A stretch of DNA of 63,944 bases, filler included, from Octopus bimaculoides (GCF_001194135.2; 6 parts of 6 records of this genome joined end to end with filler, not necessarily neighbours in it); one strand, 5' to 3'. Counted from the first letter of the whole stretch, positions 53,082 to 63,944 are shown. The notes: a model not told the origin generated them from the letters alone. Numbers and translations: made by a program.

Positions 53082-53405
53082 TGACTGGTTCCCAGTGCCG
53101 GTGGCATGTAAAAAGTACCCTCCGAACATGGTCAATGCCAGCCCTACCACCCTGACTGGTTCCTGTGCCAGTGGCACGTAAAAAGCACCATCCAAACATA
53201 GCCGATGCCAGTGCCGCCTGACTGGCTCCCACGCTGGTGGCACGTAAAAAGCACCCTCTGCATTCTTGGAGTAGTTGGTGTTAGGAAGGGCATCCAGCCG
53301 TAGAAACATTGCCAGATCAGATTGGAGCCTGGTGCGGCCTCCTGGCTTGCCAGACCTCAGTCAAACCGTCCGACATGGAAAACGGATATTAAACGATGAT
53401 GTTGT
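53082..53405 (+). mobile_element. SINE-like element with internal minisatellite and (GAT)n tail
   Basis: Repeated ctgactggttcc..tgcc.gtggca.gtaaaaag units, then ggaagggcatccagc...cagattggagcctggtg...ttaaacgatgat. Reverse-orientation copy at 56087-56415. Confidence 0.75.
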
Positions 53406-53419
53406 TGATGACTTTGCTG

Positions 53420-53855
53420 AGTAGCTTTGTGCTTGATCTACTTCATTAGATACGAGTGCTGTATCAAGACCAGGGAGACACAAGCATGGATATCCTGTCA
53501 CAAACTAAAAAAGATCTGGAACTCCAAATTGCTTGGGCAAATCAAAATCAAACTGTTCAGTGCTAATGGACACAGTGAAATATGGACACTGACAAAGAAA
53601 TTATCAAACAGGCTAAACAGATGCTACAAATGGCAGCAAGATATAACAAACAAATGCCTTTAAGGAGACCTGCTGAAAGTTTGCGAGAAGATCAGGCGAA
53701 GATGGCTGTGATTATCTGGTCACTGTGTGCACCACACCAAAGTAGAAGCATCCAAATCAGCCTAATGGAACTGACTTAATGGTGATGTAAGAAGAGGAAA
53801 ACATCGTGACATTTACATTGACAACTTAATTGCAGACATTGGCCTGGAATTAATA
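53420..53855 (+). mobile_element. RTE-type LINE RT C-terminal remnant
   Basis: ORF 53427-53663: IKTRETQAWISCHKLKKIWNSKLLGQIKIKLF...SEIWTLTKKLSNRL...WQQDITNK, then SGHCVHH and RRGK..IYIDNL. Confidence 0.8.
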
Positions 53856-53959
53856 TTTTTACTTACTTTACCGGTTCTTGGAATTGATTTTTTCATGATT
53901 CTGGCAACATTAGCAATTGGAAGGAAGCGGTCCTGAAAAAGAAGTAACCACGAGAAAGT

Positions 53960-54090
53960 GTGATGATTCTTTTGGAAATTCCCTACCTAAATAAAACAGA
54001 ATGTATATCCCTACAAGATCAGTAACCTGGGCAGAATCAGCTGATCTCATCATAATATCAAAACCATCATAAATATTTTTTCTAATCCAG
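53960..54090 (-). mobile_element. Short Penelope-like RT fragment
   Basis: WIRKNIYDGFDIMMRSADSAQVTDLVGIYIL, homologous to WIRKY..GMIDIAMGSAQVTDL at about 42940-43000. Confidence 0.7.
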
Positions 54091-54306
54091 TCTCTTTTAC
54101 TTGTTTCAGTCATTTGACTGCGGCCATGCTGGAGCACCGCCTTTAGTCGAGCAAATCGACCTGGGACTTATTCTTTGTAAGCCTAGTACTTATTCTATCA
54201 GTCCCTTTTGCCGAACTGCTAAATGACGGGGACGTAAACACACCAGCATCGGTTGACAAGCAATGCTAAGGGGACAAACACACACATATATATGTGTATA
54301 TATATA

Positions 54307-54367
<61 letters not shown>

Positions 54368-54650
54368 GATGGACTTCTTTCAGTTTTCGTCTACCAAATC
54401 CACTCACAAGGCTTTGGCCGGCCCGAGGCTATAGTAGAAGACACTTGCCCAAGATGCCACGCAGTGGGACTGAACCCGCAACCATGTGGTATTTCGTCTG
54501 CCGTTACGCTCTGAGTTCAAATTGCCTTTCATCCTTTCAGGGTCGATTAAATAAGTACCAGTTATGCACTGGGGTTGATGTAATCGACTTAATCCCTTCG
54601 TCTGTCCTTGTTTGTCCCCTCTATGTTTATCCCCTTGCGGGCAATAAAGA
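54090..54650. mobile_element. Head-to-head fusion of two different SINE families
   Basis: A minus-strand copy of the 24490 family (54090-54490) joins at accatgtgg-tatttcgtctgccg to a plus-strand copy of the 23985 family (54490-54650). Confidence 0.8.
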
Positions 54651-55107
54651 AATATATATGCCAGTGACAAGTATATAAGATATGGTAGATACATAGAAAA
54701 CTAACGTCAGCCAAGAATTGATTGAACAACAAAATAAATGACTACCTGTTCTCGTAGAGGTTCGTCCATACGGAAATCGCCTTCACCTTCTCCTGACGAT
54801 ACCATTCCCTCATCATCTGGAAGGTGGACAACAGCAGATATTTAAGAGATATGAGAAAGAAACAGACTCAATGTGAGAGGGAGAAAGGAAGTTAGGGATA
54901 GCATGATAAAGAGAAAGAGGAGGAGGATATAGAACAAGAGAGAAAATGAAGGAGATACAGTGATAGTGAAAGAGACTTAATGAATGAGAGAGGGAATGAG
55001 AAAATTAGGAATGAAATGAATGAAAGAAGGAGAGAGAGAGAGAGCGAGAGAGAGGGACGGAGATTACAAAAGTTGATAGTTAAATTAAAACCATTTCTCT
55101 CCTTTAA

Positions 55108-55327
55108 CCCTTTAGTGTTCAGATTACTCTGTTAAATATAATACTTTTTCACTCAAATTGTTTTGAATTAATCATGCATTATGTTATAGCTTTGAGGTTT
55201 CAATGATGTGATTGTTTATATTTAGAATGACAATGTAGGTCAGGTGTGAGAGGCTAGATATGGCCAGTTTGAATAGAAAGCATGGAGAATATTTGGGCCG
55301 ATTATGGCTGGTTTAAACACCAAAGGG
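55108..55327. mobile_element. piggyBac-type MITE (220 bp)
   Basis: TTAA (55104-07), ccctttagtgtt ... aacaccaaaggg, TTAA (55328-31). Confidence 0.85.
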
Positions 55328-55371
55328 TTAAATGATGATTGAATTCTGATGTAAGAAAAAAAATGAGATAA

Positions 55372-55702
55372 AAAGACTGGTCTGAAATAGGAGGAAGTGA
55401 GATAAAGGGCTGGTCTAATTGAGGAGGAAGTGAGATAAAAGATGGTCTAATATAGAAGGAAGTGAAATAAAGACTGGTTAGAAGGAAGTGAAATAAAGAC
55501 TGGTTAGAAGGAAGTGAAATAAAGACTGGTCTAATTAAGGAGGAAGTGAGATAAAAGATGGTCTAATATAGAAGGAAGTGAAATAAAGGTCTGGTTAGAA
55601 GGAAGTGAAATAAAGACTGGTCTAATTGAGGAGGAAGTGAGATAAAAGACTGGTCTAATATAGGAGGAAGTGATCTCATTTCCTCCTATATTAGACCAGT
55701 CT
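55372..55702. repeat. Minisatellite (about 26-33 bp variant units) capped by a 27-bp hairpin
   Basis: Ten GGAAGTGA cores between 55393 and 55673; 55647-55673 pairs with 55676-55702 with one G-T. Confidence 0.9.
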
Positions 55703-56086
55703 AAAGAGAAATGTTCTTGCAAACATCAGGGTTAGCAATAGATTAAAAAGTCCTGTGAGCATAGGAACAAGCTTTGGTGCACAACACTTGAAGGTAATGG
55801 AACTGAATATCTAGGGCTATGATAGCCATTGAAGTCCTCAGTTTTCAAGCAGATAAAGCTGGTATTTCTAACAGGTTAAGCAATAATGTACAGGTTCCCT
55901 GTGATAAGAGAGAGAGAGAGAGAGAAAGATCCTTACCGTCGCCATATTGGCTATTTCCAGGAATAAAAGATTCTGTTAGGACAGAAGCATCACCGGCGCC
56001 GTCACTTGAACTGGCATCCATTCTTGAAAACTTGAATGAAAACAAAAAGAAAAGGAATTATATTAACATCTACAAAGATAGAAAAT

Positions 56087-56415
56087 TCATCATCATCAGC
56101 GTTTAACGTCTGCTTTCCATGCTAGCATGGGTTGGACGATTTGACTGAGGACTGGTGAAACCAGATGGCTACACCAGGCTCCAATCTGATTTGGCAGAGT
56201 TTCTACAGCTGGATGCCCTTCCTAACGCCAACCACTCAGAGAGTGTAGTGGGTGCTTTTACGTGTCACCCGCACGAAGGCCAATCAGGCGGTACTGGCAA
56301 CGGCCACACTCAAAATGGTGTATTTTATGTGCCACCCGCACAAGAGCCAGTCCAGGGGCACTGGCAACGATCTCACTCGAAAATCCTACGAAGGCCAGTC
56401 AGGCGGTACTGGCAA
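56087..56415 (-). mobile_element. SINE-like element (53082-53405 family)
   Basis: atcatcatc..cgtttaacgtc...caccaggctccaatctgat.tggca...gctggatgcccttcctaac; runs into a gap. Confidence 0.75.
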
Positions 56416-57454
56416 NNNNNNNNNNNNNNNNNNNNNNNNNNNNNNNNNNNNNNNNNNNNNNNNNNNNNNNNNNNNNNNNNNNNNNNNNNNNNNNNNNNNN
56501 NNNNNNNNNNNNNNNNNNNNNNNNNNNNNNNNNNNNNNNNNNNNNNNNNNNNNNNNNNNNNNNNNNNNNNNNNNNNNNNNNNNNNNNNNNNNNNNNNNNN
56601 NNNNNNNNNNNNNNNNNNNNNNNNNNNNNNNNNNNNNNNNNNNNNNNNNNNNNNNNNNNNNNNNNNNNNNNNNNNNNNNNNNNNNNNNNNNNNNNNNNNN
56701 NNNNNNNNNNNNNNNNNNNNNNNNNNNNNNNNNNNNNNNNNNNNNNNNNNNNNNNNNNNNNNNNNNNNNNNNNNNNNNNNNNNNNNNNNNNNNNNNNNNN
56801 NNNNNNNNNNNNNNNNNNNNNNNNNNNNNNNNNNNNNNNNNNNNNNNNNNNNNNNNNNNNNNNNNNNNNNNNNNNNNNNNNNNNNNNNNNNNNNNNNNNN
56901 NNNNNNNNNNNNNNNNNNNNNNNNNNNNNNNNNNNNNNNNNNNNNNNNNNNNNNNNNNNNNNNNNNNNNNNNNNNNNNNNNNNNNNNNNNNNNNNNNNNN
57001 NNNNNNNNNNNNNNNNNNNNNNNNNNNNNNNNNNNNNNNNNNNNNNNNNNNNNNNNNNNNNNNNNNNNNNNNNNNNNNNNNNNNNNNNNNNNNNNNNNNN
57101 NNNNNNNNNNNNNNNNNNNNNNNNNNNNNNNNNNNNNNNNNNNNNNNNNNNNNNNNNNNNNNNNNNNNNNNNNNNNNNNNNNNNNNNNNNNNNNNNNNNN
57201 NNNNNNNNNNNNNNNNNNNNNNNNNNNNNNNNNNNNNNNNNNNNNNNNNNNNNNNNNNTTTTTTTTTTTTTTGCATATTCGTAATCTCCGTAATCTAAAA
57301 CGTGGAGATCCGGGGGGGAAAAAACTTTACAAAAAAATGCATTTTACAAGGAAACTGCATTAGCCCCGCTAAACATGTACTCGTCTGTTTCGGAACCCTT
57401 TTTTAGATACTGGTTTTATTATTTTTCGTTTCCTTTTTATCTTTCCTATTCTAA

Positions 57455-57812
57455 TCGATCCAGTCTTTGGACTGCGACCATGCTGGGGCACCGCCTCGAA
57501 GGGTTTAGAGTCGAACAATTCAACCCAAGTACTTATATTTTTTTAAGCCCCGTACTTATTCTGCTGGTCTTTCGTCGAACTACTAAGTAGCAGGGACATA
57601 TACAAACCAACACCGGCTGTCAAGCGGTGCTGATGGGCAAACAACACGAAAGCACAAACATAACGGGCTTCTTTCAGTTTCCATCTACCAAATCTACTCG
57701 CAAGTCTTTGGTCGGCCTGGGGCTATAGCATAAAAACACTTGCCCAAGGTGCAGCACAGTGAGATTGAACCCAAGATCACATGGTTGGAGAGCCAGCATC
57801 CTAATCACATAT
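57455..57812 (-). mobile_element. SINE (24490-24980 family)
   Basis: gactgcgaccatgctgg...gggcttctttcagtttcc.tctaccaaat...cacttgcccaaggtgc...tgaaccc...catggttgg. Confidence 0.8.
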
Positions 57813-58863
57813 GCCTATGTAATAAAACTTTTGTTTAAAACCTGGTGGTGTGCCATAGTCAAGAGGATTTTTTTTTCTAAATACTCTGACGAGAGAAAAG
57901 ATTGTAATTTGATGCGATATAAAACAAGGGTAAACATGTACGAAAGCGTCAGTTAAACGAAAACCGACATAAATATACACATACGATGTTTAAGCTTAAT
58001 ATAACGTGTAATTTAGTTGTTATTATTTAATTCAAACTCATGTTTACTTCATACACAAGAAGAATTATTGATCTCTATATAGCAAGAATATATATATCTG
58101 TATGTTTGTGTGTTCTGTTTAAAAAATGTGAACCGCAATTTAAAGTGGAGGGAACAGTACTTGTGTAAGAATGTATACGTATACACATATTTAAATGATA
58201 CACACACGCTAATTGTATGTGTATATACAGGCAAACATCGCTACGTATATATATATATATATATATATATATTTGAATTTGGGGCAGCGGATGCAAGGAT
58301 ATTTTGTAAATAAATGTACATGCGTACGTTTAATATACATTGGGTATGTATATTTATTTACGATGTACATACATATAAGGTGCGTGTATACATAGATAGA
58401 TAGATAGTGTTGTTGTTTAGCTCTTAGCCCTGATCTAATAGATCTAGGAACAATGAGATTTTAGCCACGATCTTAGCTCTTTTATTTTAGACATTCCCGT
58501 ATCATAGGCTACATTATCGAATCTGTCTTTTTCTCATATAGTGATGAGTGATTTGGGAGAGATTTCACTAACATTTCTAGCAGGTCTATCGATCACGAAC
58601 AATATCCGTCCTTCGTATATATGCCGTATATGTATGGTTGTAAAATCGTCAATGTTGTGTATTTAAAATTTGACGAATGGAAAAAAAAAAGGGGGGGGAG
58701 GTTTTAGGTTTTTGTCGTCGACGCTTTAGTATATTTATACCAAAGCACTTCAACTAAAGAAAGACAGACAGATAGAAAGAAAAGACTGGGAAATAATTAA
58801 AGCCGGGGAGAAGGAGAGGGAGAGAAGTAAAAAGGCCAATAAAAATATCAGAAACAAACGAAC

Positions 58864-59277
58864 CTGTGTTGATGAAGGACGATGGATGAGTTTTCGTCAA
58901 GTTGGTTGGTCAATGAAAGGAACCAGTGAGAAAGCTGCACCATTAAAAAAAGCCACAGAAATCCACCAACCAAACCAGATCACAACAAGCCAAGATGGTC
59001 GCCGAGAAGTGAAAGAAGCAGTGTTGTGATGTTTTGATAGTTTTTTGAGGGGAAAAACAAACAACGTGGCCGAGTCGTGTATGAATAAATTTAAAGGTTT
59101 CAAAAGTGTTGTTTCGTCGTTGTGTTTTTATATAAAACTGTTGTTATTTGGTTAGGTATTTCGGAAATCTAGCTACGAAAGGGTCTATTTTTACTTGTTT
59201 TCCGTTCACTGTTTAACTTTCATGATGGCTTCTTTTGTCAAGATGGAGGCGGACTGATTAATATGGCGGCGGTGAGA
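58864..59277. promoter_or_regulatory. Candidate divergent promoter with first-exon-like segments on both strands
   Basis: Non-repetitive, locally CpG-containing. YY1-like caagatggtcgcc (58991), caagatggaggc (59239), aatatggcggc (59260). Minus-strand CTTCTTTC (59011-18) and CAG|GTTCGT donor at 58864. Plus-strand ATGGCGGCG|GTGAGA at 59263-59277. Confidence 0.45.
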
Positions 59278-59289
59278 CAGTAGGAGGTA

Positions 59290-60310
59290 GAGTAGAGGCG
59301 GCGGCGGTGGTGATAGTGGTGGTGGTGGAAGCTACATTCGTGGTAATAATATTACACAGGTAGGGGTCGGGGATATATATTCGTAGGGATGCGATCGAGA
59401 TGGGGATCGTAATGATGATGATGATAGAGGCTGCTATAGTTAGTGATGGGGATAGAGTTATGGTTGCTGGTGGTAGTAGTGGAGATGGTAAAGGCTGCTA
59501 TACTCATCGCTAGTGGTGGTGGTGGTGATAAAAGCTGATGTAGTTATTACTGGTAGGGATGGTTAAAAAACTGCTATACTCGTTGTTGTTGGTGGTGGTG
59601 GTGATGGTAAATGCTGATGTAATTGCTGTTGTTGCGGATGGGGGTGACAAACATGGTTAAAGCAGATGTAGTTATTGGTGGTGGTGGAGACGGTAGTTAT
59701 TTATTATCGTTGTTGCTGGTAGTGGCGGAGATGATAACCGCTGCTGTAGCAGTAGTAGTAGTAGTTGCTGTTGTTGGTAGTGGTGGCAATAGAGATGATG
59801 AAGACTGTTGTAGTTATTGTTGGTGGTGGTGGTGGAGTTAGTAGCAGTCATGATGGCTTTAGGAGTGGCAATGGTGTTAAGGTGATGATAGATGCGGTGA
59901 AGATGCTGGAAGTGATTTCACAGAGGTGGTGGTGGTGGTGATATTTACGTTACAAATTTGGCGATGGAGGAGACGTGAGAAAGTGATATTACACAAGTAG
60001 TGGAAACGCGGAAACTTATATGTAACATAGTTGGTGTTGTTATTGTGGTGGTGGAGATGTTCTAACGAGATGATGTGGTGATGCTGGCGGTGACGTTATA
60101 GAGCTGGTAGTGGTGGTGGAGACGATGTCGGAATTGATCCTATGATGGGGGGAAAAGTGTTACCAGATCAGCGATATTATGGAGGTGACATAGGAGGTAC
60201 AATGGTGGTGGGGGTGGTAGCGGCGGTCGTTGTGTTTATGGCGGTGGAGTTGCTGGAGTTTGCGGTGGTACTATTATGCTGAGTGGATTGATTATGATGA
60301 TGATACTATG
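59290..60310. repeat. Degenerate (GGT/GAT/TAG)n low-complexity tract
   Basis: Directly visible; includes loose repeats of ctgctata and gctgatgta. Confidence 0.8.
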
Positions 60311-60399
60311 TATGGTGTAACAGCTGTGTTACAATACTGGTTCGGGATAACTGTGGTCAGACAGGTTGGTAGTATTTTTCATGGAAGTTAAGGGACAGG

Positions 60400-60893
60400 G
60401 CTGTGTGTTGAGTTCTTGACCAAGACACTTTATTTCACGTTGCTCCAGTTCACTCAGCTGTAGAAATGAGTTGCGATGTCACTGGTGCCATGCTGTATCG
60501 GGCCCCTTTGTCTTTCCCTTGGGTAACATCAGTGGCATGGAGAGGGGAGACTGGTATGCATGGGTGACTGCTGGTCTTCCATAAGCGACATGACTCCACT
60601 AGTGGTACTCATTTCTACAACTGAGTGGACTGGAGCAACATGAAATGAAGTGTTTTGCACAAGAACGCAATGGATTGCATGGTCCAGGGATTGAAACCAC
60701 AACCTTACAGTCAGGAATCCAGCACCCTAACCACTAAACGACATGCCTGCACTAGTGGTACTCATTTCTACAACTGAGTGGACTGAGCAACATGAACTGA
60801 AGTACTTTTGCTCAAGAACTCAATGCATCGCTCGGACCAGGAATTGAAACCACAATTTTACGATCATGAATCCAACACCTTAACCACCAAGCT
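60400..60893. mobile_element. Three CORE-like SINE copies: one plus, then two tandem minus
   Basis: 60424-60471 is the near reverse complement of 60607-60654; 60597-60745 is directly repeated at 60750-60893. Confidence 0.85.
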
Positions 60894-61198
60894 AAGGTGG
60901 AGGGGTGAGGTAAGGGCTATAATACAGATGTTGGTGGAAGCAGTATTACATAAGTAGCAATGGTGGAATCAGCAGATGAAGATTTTAGAGCAGGCATGGA
61001 CAACTTTTTCCAAGAAGCAGGTCACATGAGACGTGGTCCATCACCTGGTGAGCCATAATAATATAAGAATGGAGGTGGAATTCTGGTTTAAGCACCCCGT
61101 ATAACACCTCATAATTTTGTGCAAAAAAAAAAATTATATTCCATATCTTTCTCATATTTTTTTTCATCATAGTTCACGTGGTAAATATCATATGTATA

Positions 61199-61320
61199 TA
61201 CTGGGGTTAGACAAAATAATGGAAACACCTTGAAATTTCGAACGAATTTATTTTAATATGGGGTAGGACTGCCTTTGGCAGCAATTACAGCTTGAATTCT
61301 ATGAGGTATGCACTCTAAAA
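61199..61320 (-). mobile_element. Tc1 transposon 3' end
   Basis: Minus strand ECIPHRIQAVIAAKGSPTPY* followed by TIR-like aggtgtttccattattttgtctaaccccag-TA. Confidence 0.8.
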
Positions 61321-61369
61321 CAGTCTTCAGTTCTTGAAGGAATTCCTTTTCTTAGTTTGTTACTTTTGT

Positions 61370-61515
61370 TACTTTTTTTTTCTCCTTGTTTCTTTCTGTT
61401 TTCCTTTCTGTTGAAGAGCGTAGGCTCGAAACGTCAAAGACTTTCTCTATTCCCGAACGTTAAACTAATACATCCATTTGTCTTCGTCTGTTGTTTTTTT
61501 CGTAAATTCTCCCAT
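61370..61515 (+). mobile_element. Repeat with minimal type I hammerhead-like motif (CTGTTGA core)
   Basis: CTTT-CTGTTGA-a-GAGC-gtag-GCTC-GAAA-CGTC-AAAG at 61404-61439. Confidence 0.7.
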
Positions 61516-61769
61516 ATATATATATATATATATATAGTCACAATGAGGATATTTAAACTTCTTATAGATATTTATTCAATGAATATATTATATAAAATAT
61601 CATAAAATATCAAACATTATTATCGAGTTAGATAACAGAGAGATCTAATGGATACAAATTAATTTAATAATTAACCAACATATTCATTCACAAACGAAAT
61701 TAAAATTACAAAACATATATAAATAATTTTGCATTTTAAGATATCTTGGATGATTTTCCATACAAGGTA

Positions 61770-61857
61770 CTTGCACCAACAAGCCCACGCTTGCACCAAC
61801 GGGCCCATGCTTGCACCAACGGGACCACGCTTGCACCAACGGGACCACGCTTGCACC
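61770..61857. repeat. 20-bp tandem repeat, about 4.4 copies
   Basis: Units cttgcaccaac(ggg/aag)(a/c)cca(c/t)g. Confidence 0.9.
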
Positions 61858-62469
61858 TATATATATATATATATACACAGTAAGTCCAAGAATAGAGGTG
61901 ATGTTATCAAGCTTTATTTCTCAATTACGATCATTTTCACAATACATGGTTCAGATATATCATAAATATAAATATAAATGATTAACGATTGTACATTTAT
62001 GAGTTTCAAATTTTGGCATAAGGCCAGTAATTTAGGGGGAGGGTGAAAGTCAATTATATCAACTGGTACATGTTTTATCGAACCTGAAAAGATGAAAGGC
62101 ATAGCTGACCCTCACAGCATTTGAACTCAAAGCAGAAAGCTGGAAGAATTGTTGTTAGGCATTTTTTTCTAGTGTAGCAATGATTCTGCCAGTTTGTCAA
62201 CTGAAATGGTGATATAATATCAGTTTCAGATTTTTGGCACAAAGCCAGCAATTTTTTTTTTTTTTTTTTTTTTTTGGAGACTTTGTAAATTGATTACATT
62301 GACCCCTGTTTTCAACTGATACTTATTTAATCAACCCTGAAAGGATGAAAGGCAAAGTNNNNNNNNNNNNNNNNNNNNNNNNNNNNNNNNNNNNNNNNNN
62401 NNTTAATTAATTAANNNNNNNNNNNNNNNNNNNNNNNNNNNNNNNNNNNNNNNNNNNNTATATATGTAT

Positions 62470-62640
62470 ATATTGGGAGAATTCACAAAAAACAAAAGAC
62501 GAAGACAGGTGGTGTAGACAACTTCCCGAGTTTAACGCTCGGGAAGTGAAAAAGTCTTTAACGTTTGGAGCCTACGCTCTTCCACAGAAAGGAACACAGA
62601 AAGAAACAAGGAGAGAAAATAAAGAATGTGTAGTGGCTAG
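62470..62640 (-). mobile_element. Third copy of the hammerhead-like repeat, inverted relative to 61370-61515
   Basis: Minus strand CTTT-CTGTGGA-a-GAGC-gtag-GCTC-CAAA-CGTT-AAAG at 62556-62591. Confidence 0.7.
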
Positions 62641-62664
62641 CGATCTATCATGCGTATACATTAG

Positions 62665-62665
<1 letters not shown>

Positions 62666-62756
<91 letters not shown>

Positions 62757-62757
62757 G
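62666..62757. repeat. (GATA)n microsatellite
   Basis: Directly visible. Confidence 0.95.
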
Positions 62758-63017
62758 AGTTTGACTCAGATTTGCGTTCCTAAGTTTCATAGACACAAAA
62801 TGCATCACGATTCTGAGACTCCCGGTTTTCAGAGTCAAGAATGTTACTCTTTCGGACGGATGAAATACAGTGCCGTGTTTCCAAAGATTAGGATTGAATT
62901 CCTGTAAATAGAAAGGAAGACAGAGAGACAGACAGAGTTTGGGAGCATGGGAACTAATTCTACATGCACAATTTGATAGTGAAAAGTTTTTCAATAGTTT
63001 TTCTGAGTAAATGCTTT

Positions 63018-63072
63018 CCCGTAGATGTTGATACCCGTAGATGTTGATACCCGTAGATGTTGATACCCGTAG
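63018..63072. repeat. 16-bp perfect tandem repeat, about 3.4 copies
   Basis: cccgtagatgttgata x3 plus cccgtag. Confidence 0.9.
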
Positions 63073-63944
63073 GCGTTCCAACACTACAGCTGGCCCGTGT
63101 GAGTCAATTGCCCTTCTTAGTTCTGTACCCCAACTTCGAATCCACTCCTACTTGTATCCCTGTGAGAGACACGTATATTGATTTATGATACGCTCCCTAT
63201 TATCCGGTACTCAAATAACCGAAACTCTCAAGCAACCGGAACCCAGAAAAAATACAATGGAAAATATGTTAATTAAAGTCAAAAGAAGTCTCACTAATTT
63301 GTGTTAATTAATTAATTGTCATTAAAAGAAATAAAGTTTCTACTGTATCTGAAATGGGTCATTACTTTTCAAATAACTGTAGAGTGTTTTATTATACTGC
63401 AAGAAACAGTAGCTGTGTTTTATTAGGTTAATAAGACGTGTTCTTAAAATTATACTTTTATTTCTTCCTACTCGTCACATTTCTACTAATTTCAGAATAA
63501 TAATTATCATATTAATGTATTTATAGAGCTTTAATTACTTTTGTATGGGGCAATGTTGATTTTAAAAGTGATGTTTAGATATCCGGTAAATTCAGGTATC
63601 CGGCACACCTCCTGGCACAGAGGTGCCGTATAGCAGGGAGTTTACTTTATATGCAGCTCTGCACAGCCGCAATAGCAGCCGATGTGGGTCTTCCATAAAC
63701 AACCTTGCCCGGACTTGTGCTTGGGAGGGTAACTTTCTAGGTGCAATCCCATGGTCAGTCATGACCGAAGGGGGTCTCTCTCTCTCACTTATTTTATCAA
63801 CCCAGAAATTCATGAAAAGCAAAGTCAACCTCGGCGGAATTTGAGCTCTTCTGCCAGAAAACTGCCTTACTGCGTTTTATAAATATAGAACCTGTAACTT
63901 CAGATTGTCAGTCATATGTCCATCAGCACATGAACAACGTTTTC

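Noticed and set aside
55372-55702. CRISPR-like appearance of short tandem arrays (also 61770-61857)
   Set aside because: No unique spacers, no cas genes, and a eukaryotic repeat context.
63018-63072. acccgtagat resembles the 5' end of miR-100/miR-10 family miRNAs
   Set aside because: It is a 16-bp tandem repeat; the rest of the miRNA sequence and a precursor hairpin are absent.

Overview
AT-rich, gap-ridden eukaryotic draft-assembly window made almost entirely of microsatellites and decayed transposons. The SINE families and the synthetic 44N-TTAATTAATTAA-44N linkers look like a coleoid cephalopod (Octopus-type) assembly; this is inference from recognition, not a database match. I can support no intact, nameable protein-coding gene. 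Most ORFs in the track are microsatellite or N-gap artefacts. Recognisable remnants: at least five Penelope-like elements (RT and/or GIY-YIG), two scrambled R4/Dong-type LINE regions, a Tx1/L1-type 3' end, an RTE fragment, a Gypsy RNaseH-integrase remnant, a Helitron PIF1 helicase remnant, one mariner, four maT/DD37D-like remnants, a Tc1 end, several MITEs (one piggyBac-type with TTAA TSD) and many tRNA-derived SINEs. The most interesting signal is RNA-level. There is a well-formed type I hammerhead ribozyme motif at 8510-8597. There is a tRNA-headed SINE whose 3' tail carries a minimal Penelope-type hammerhead and is flanked by an inverted copy of that tail (18081-18680). A second repeat family has a shared non-canonical CUGUNGA hammerhead core (three copies). 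There is also a candidate divergent promoter near 58.9-59.3 kb, several weak minus-strand exon candidates, and many inverted-repeat pairs able to form long dsRNA. All motif alignments were done by eye and coordinates of decayed elements are approximate.
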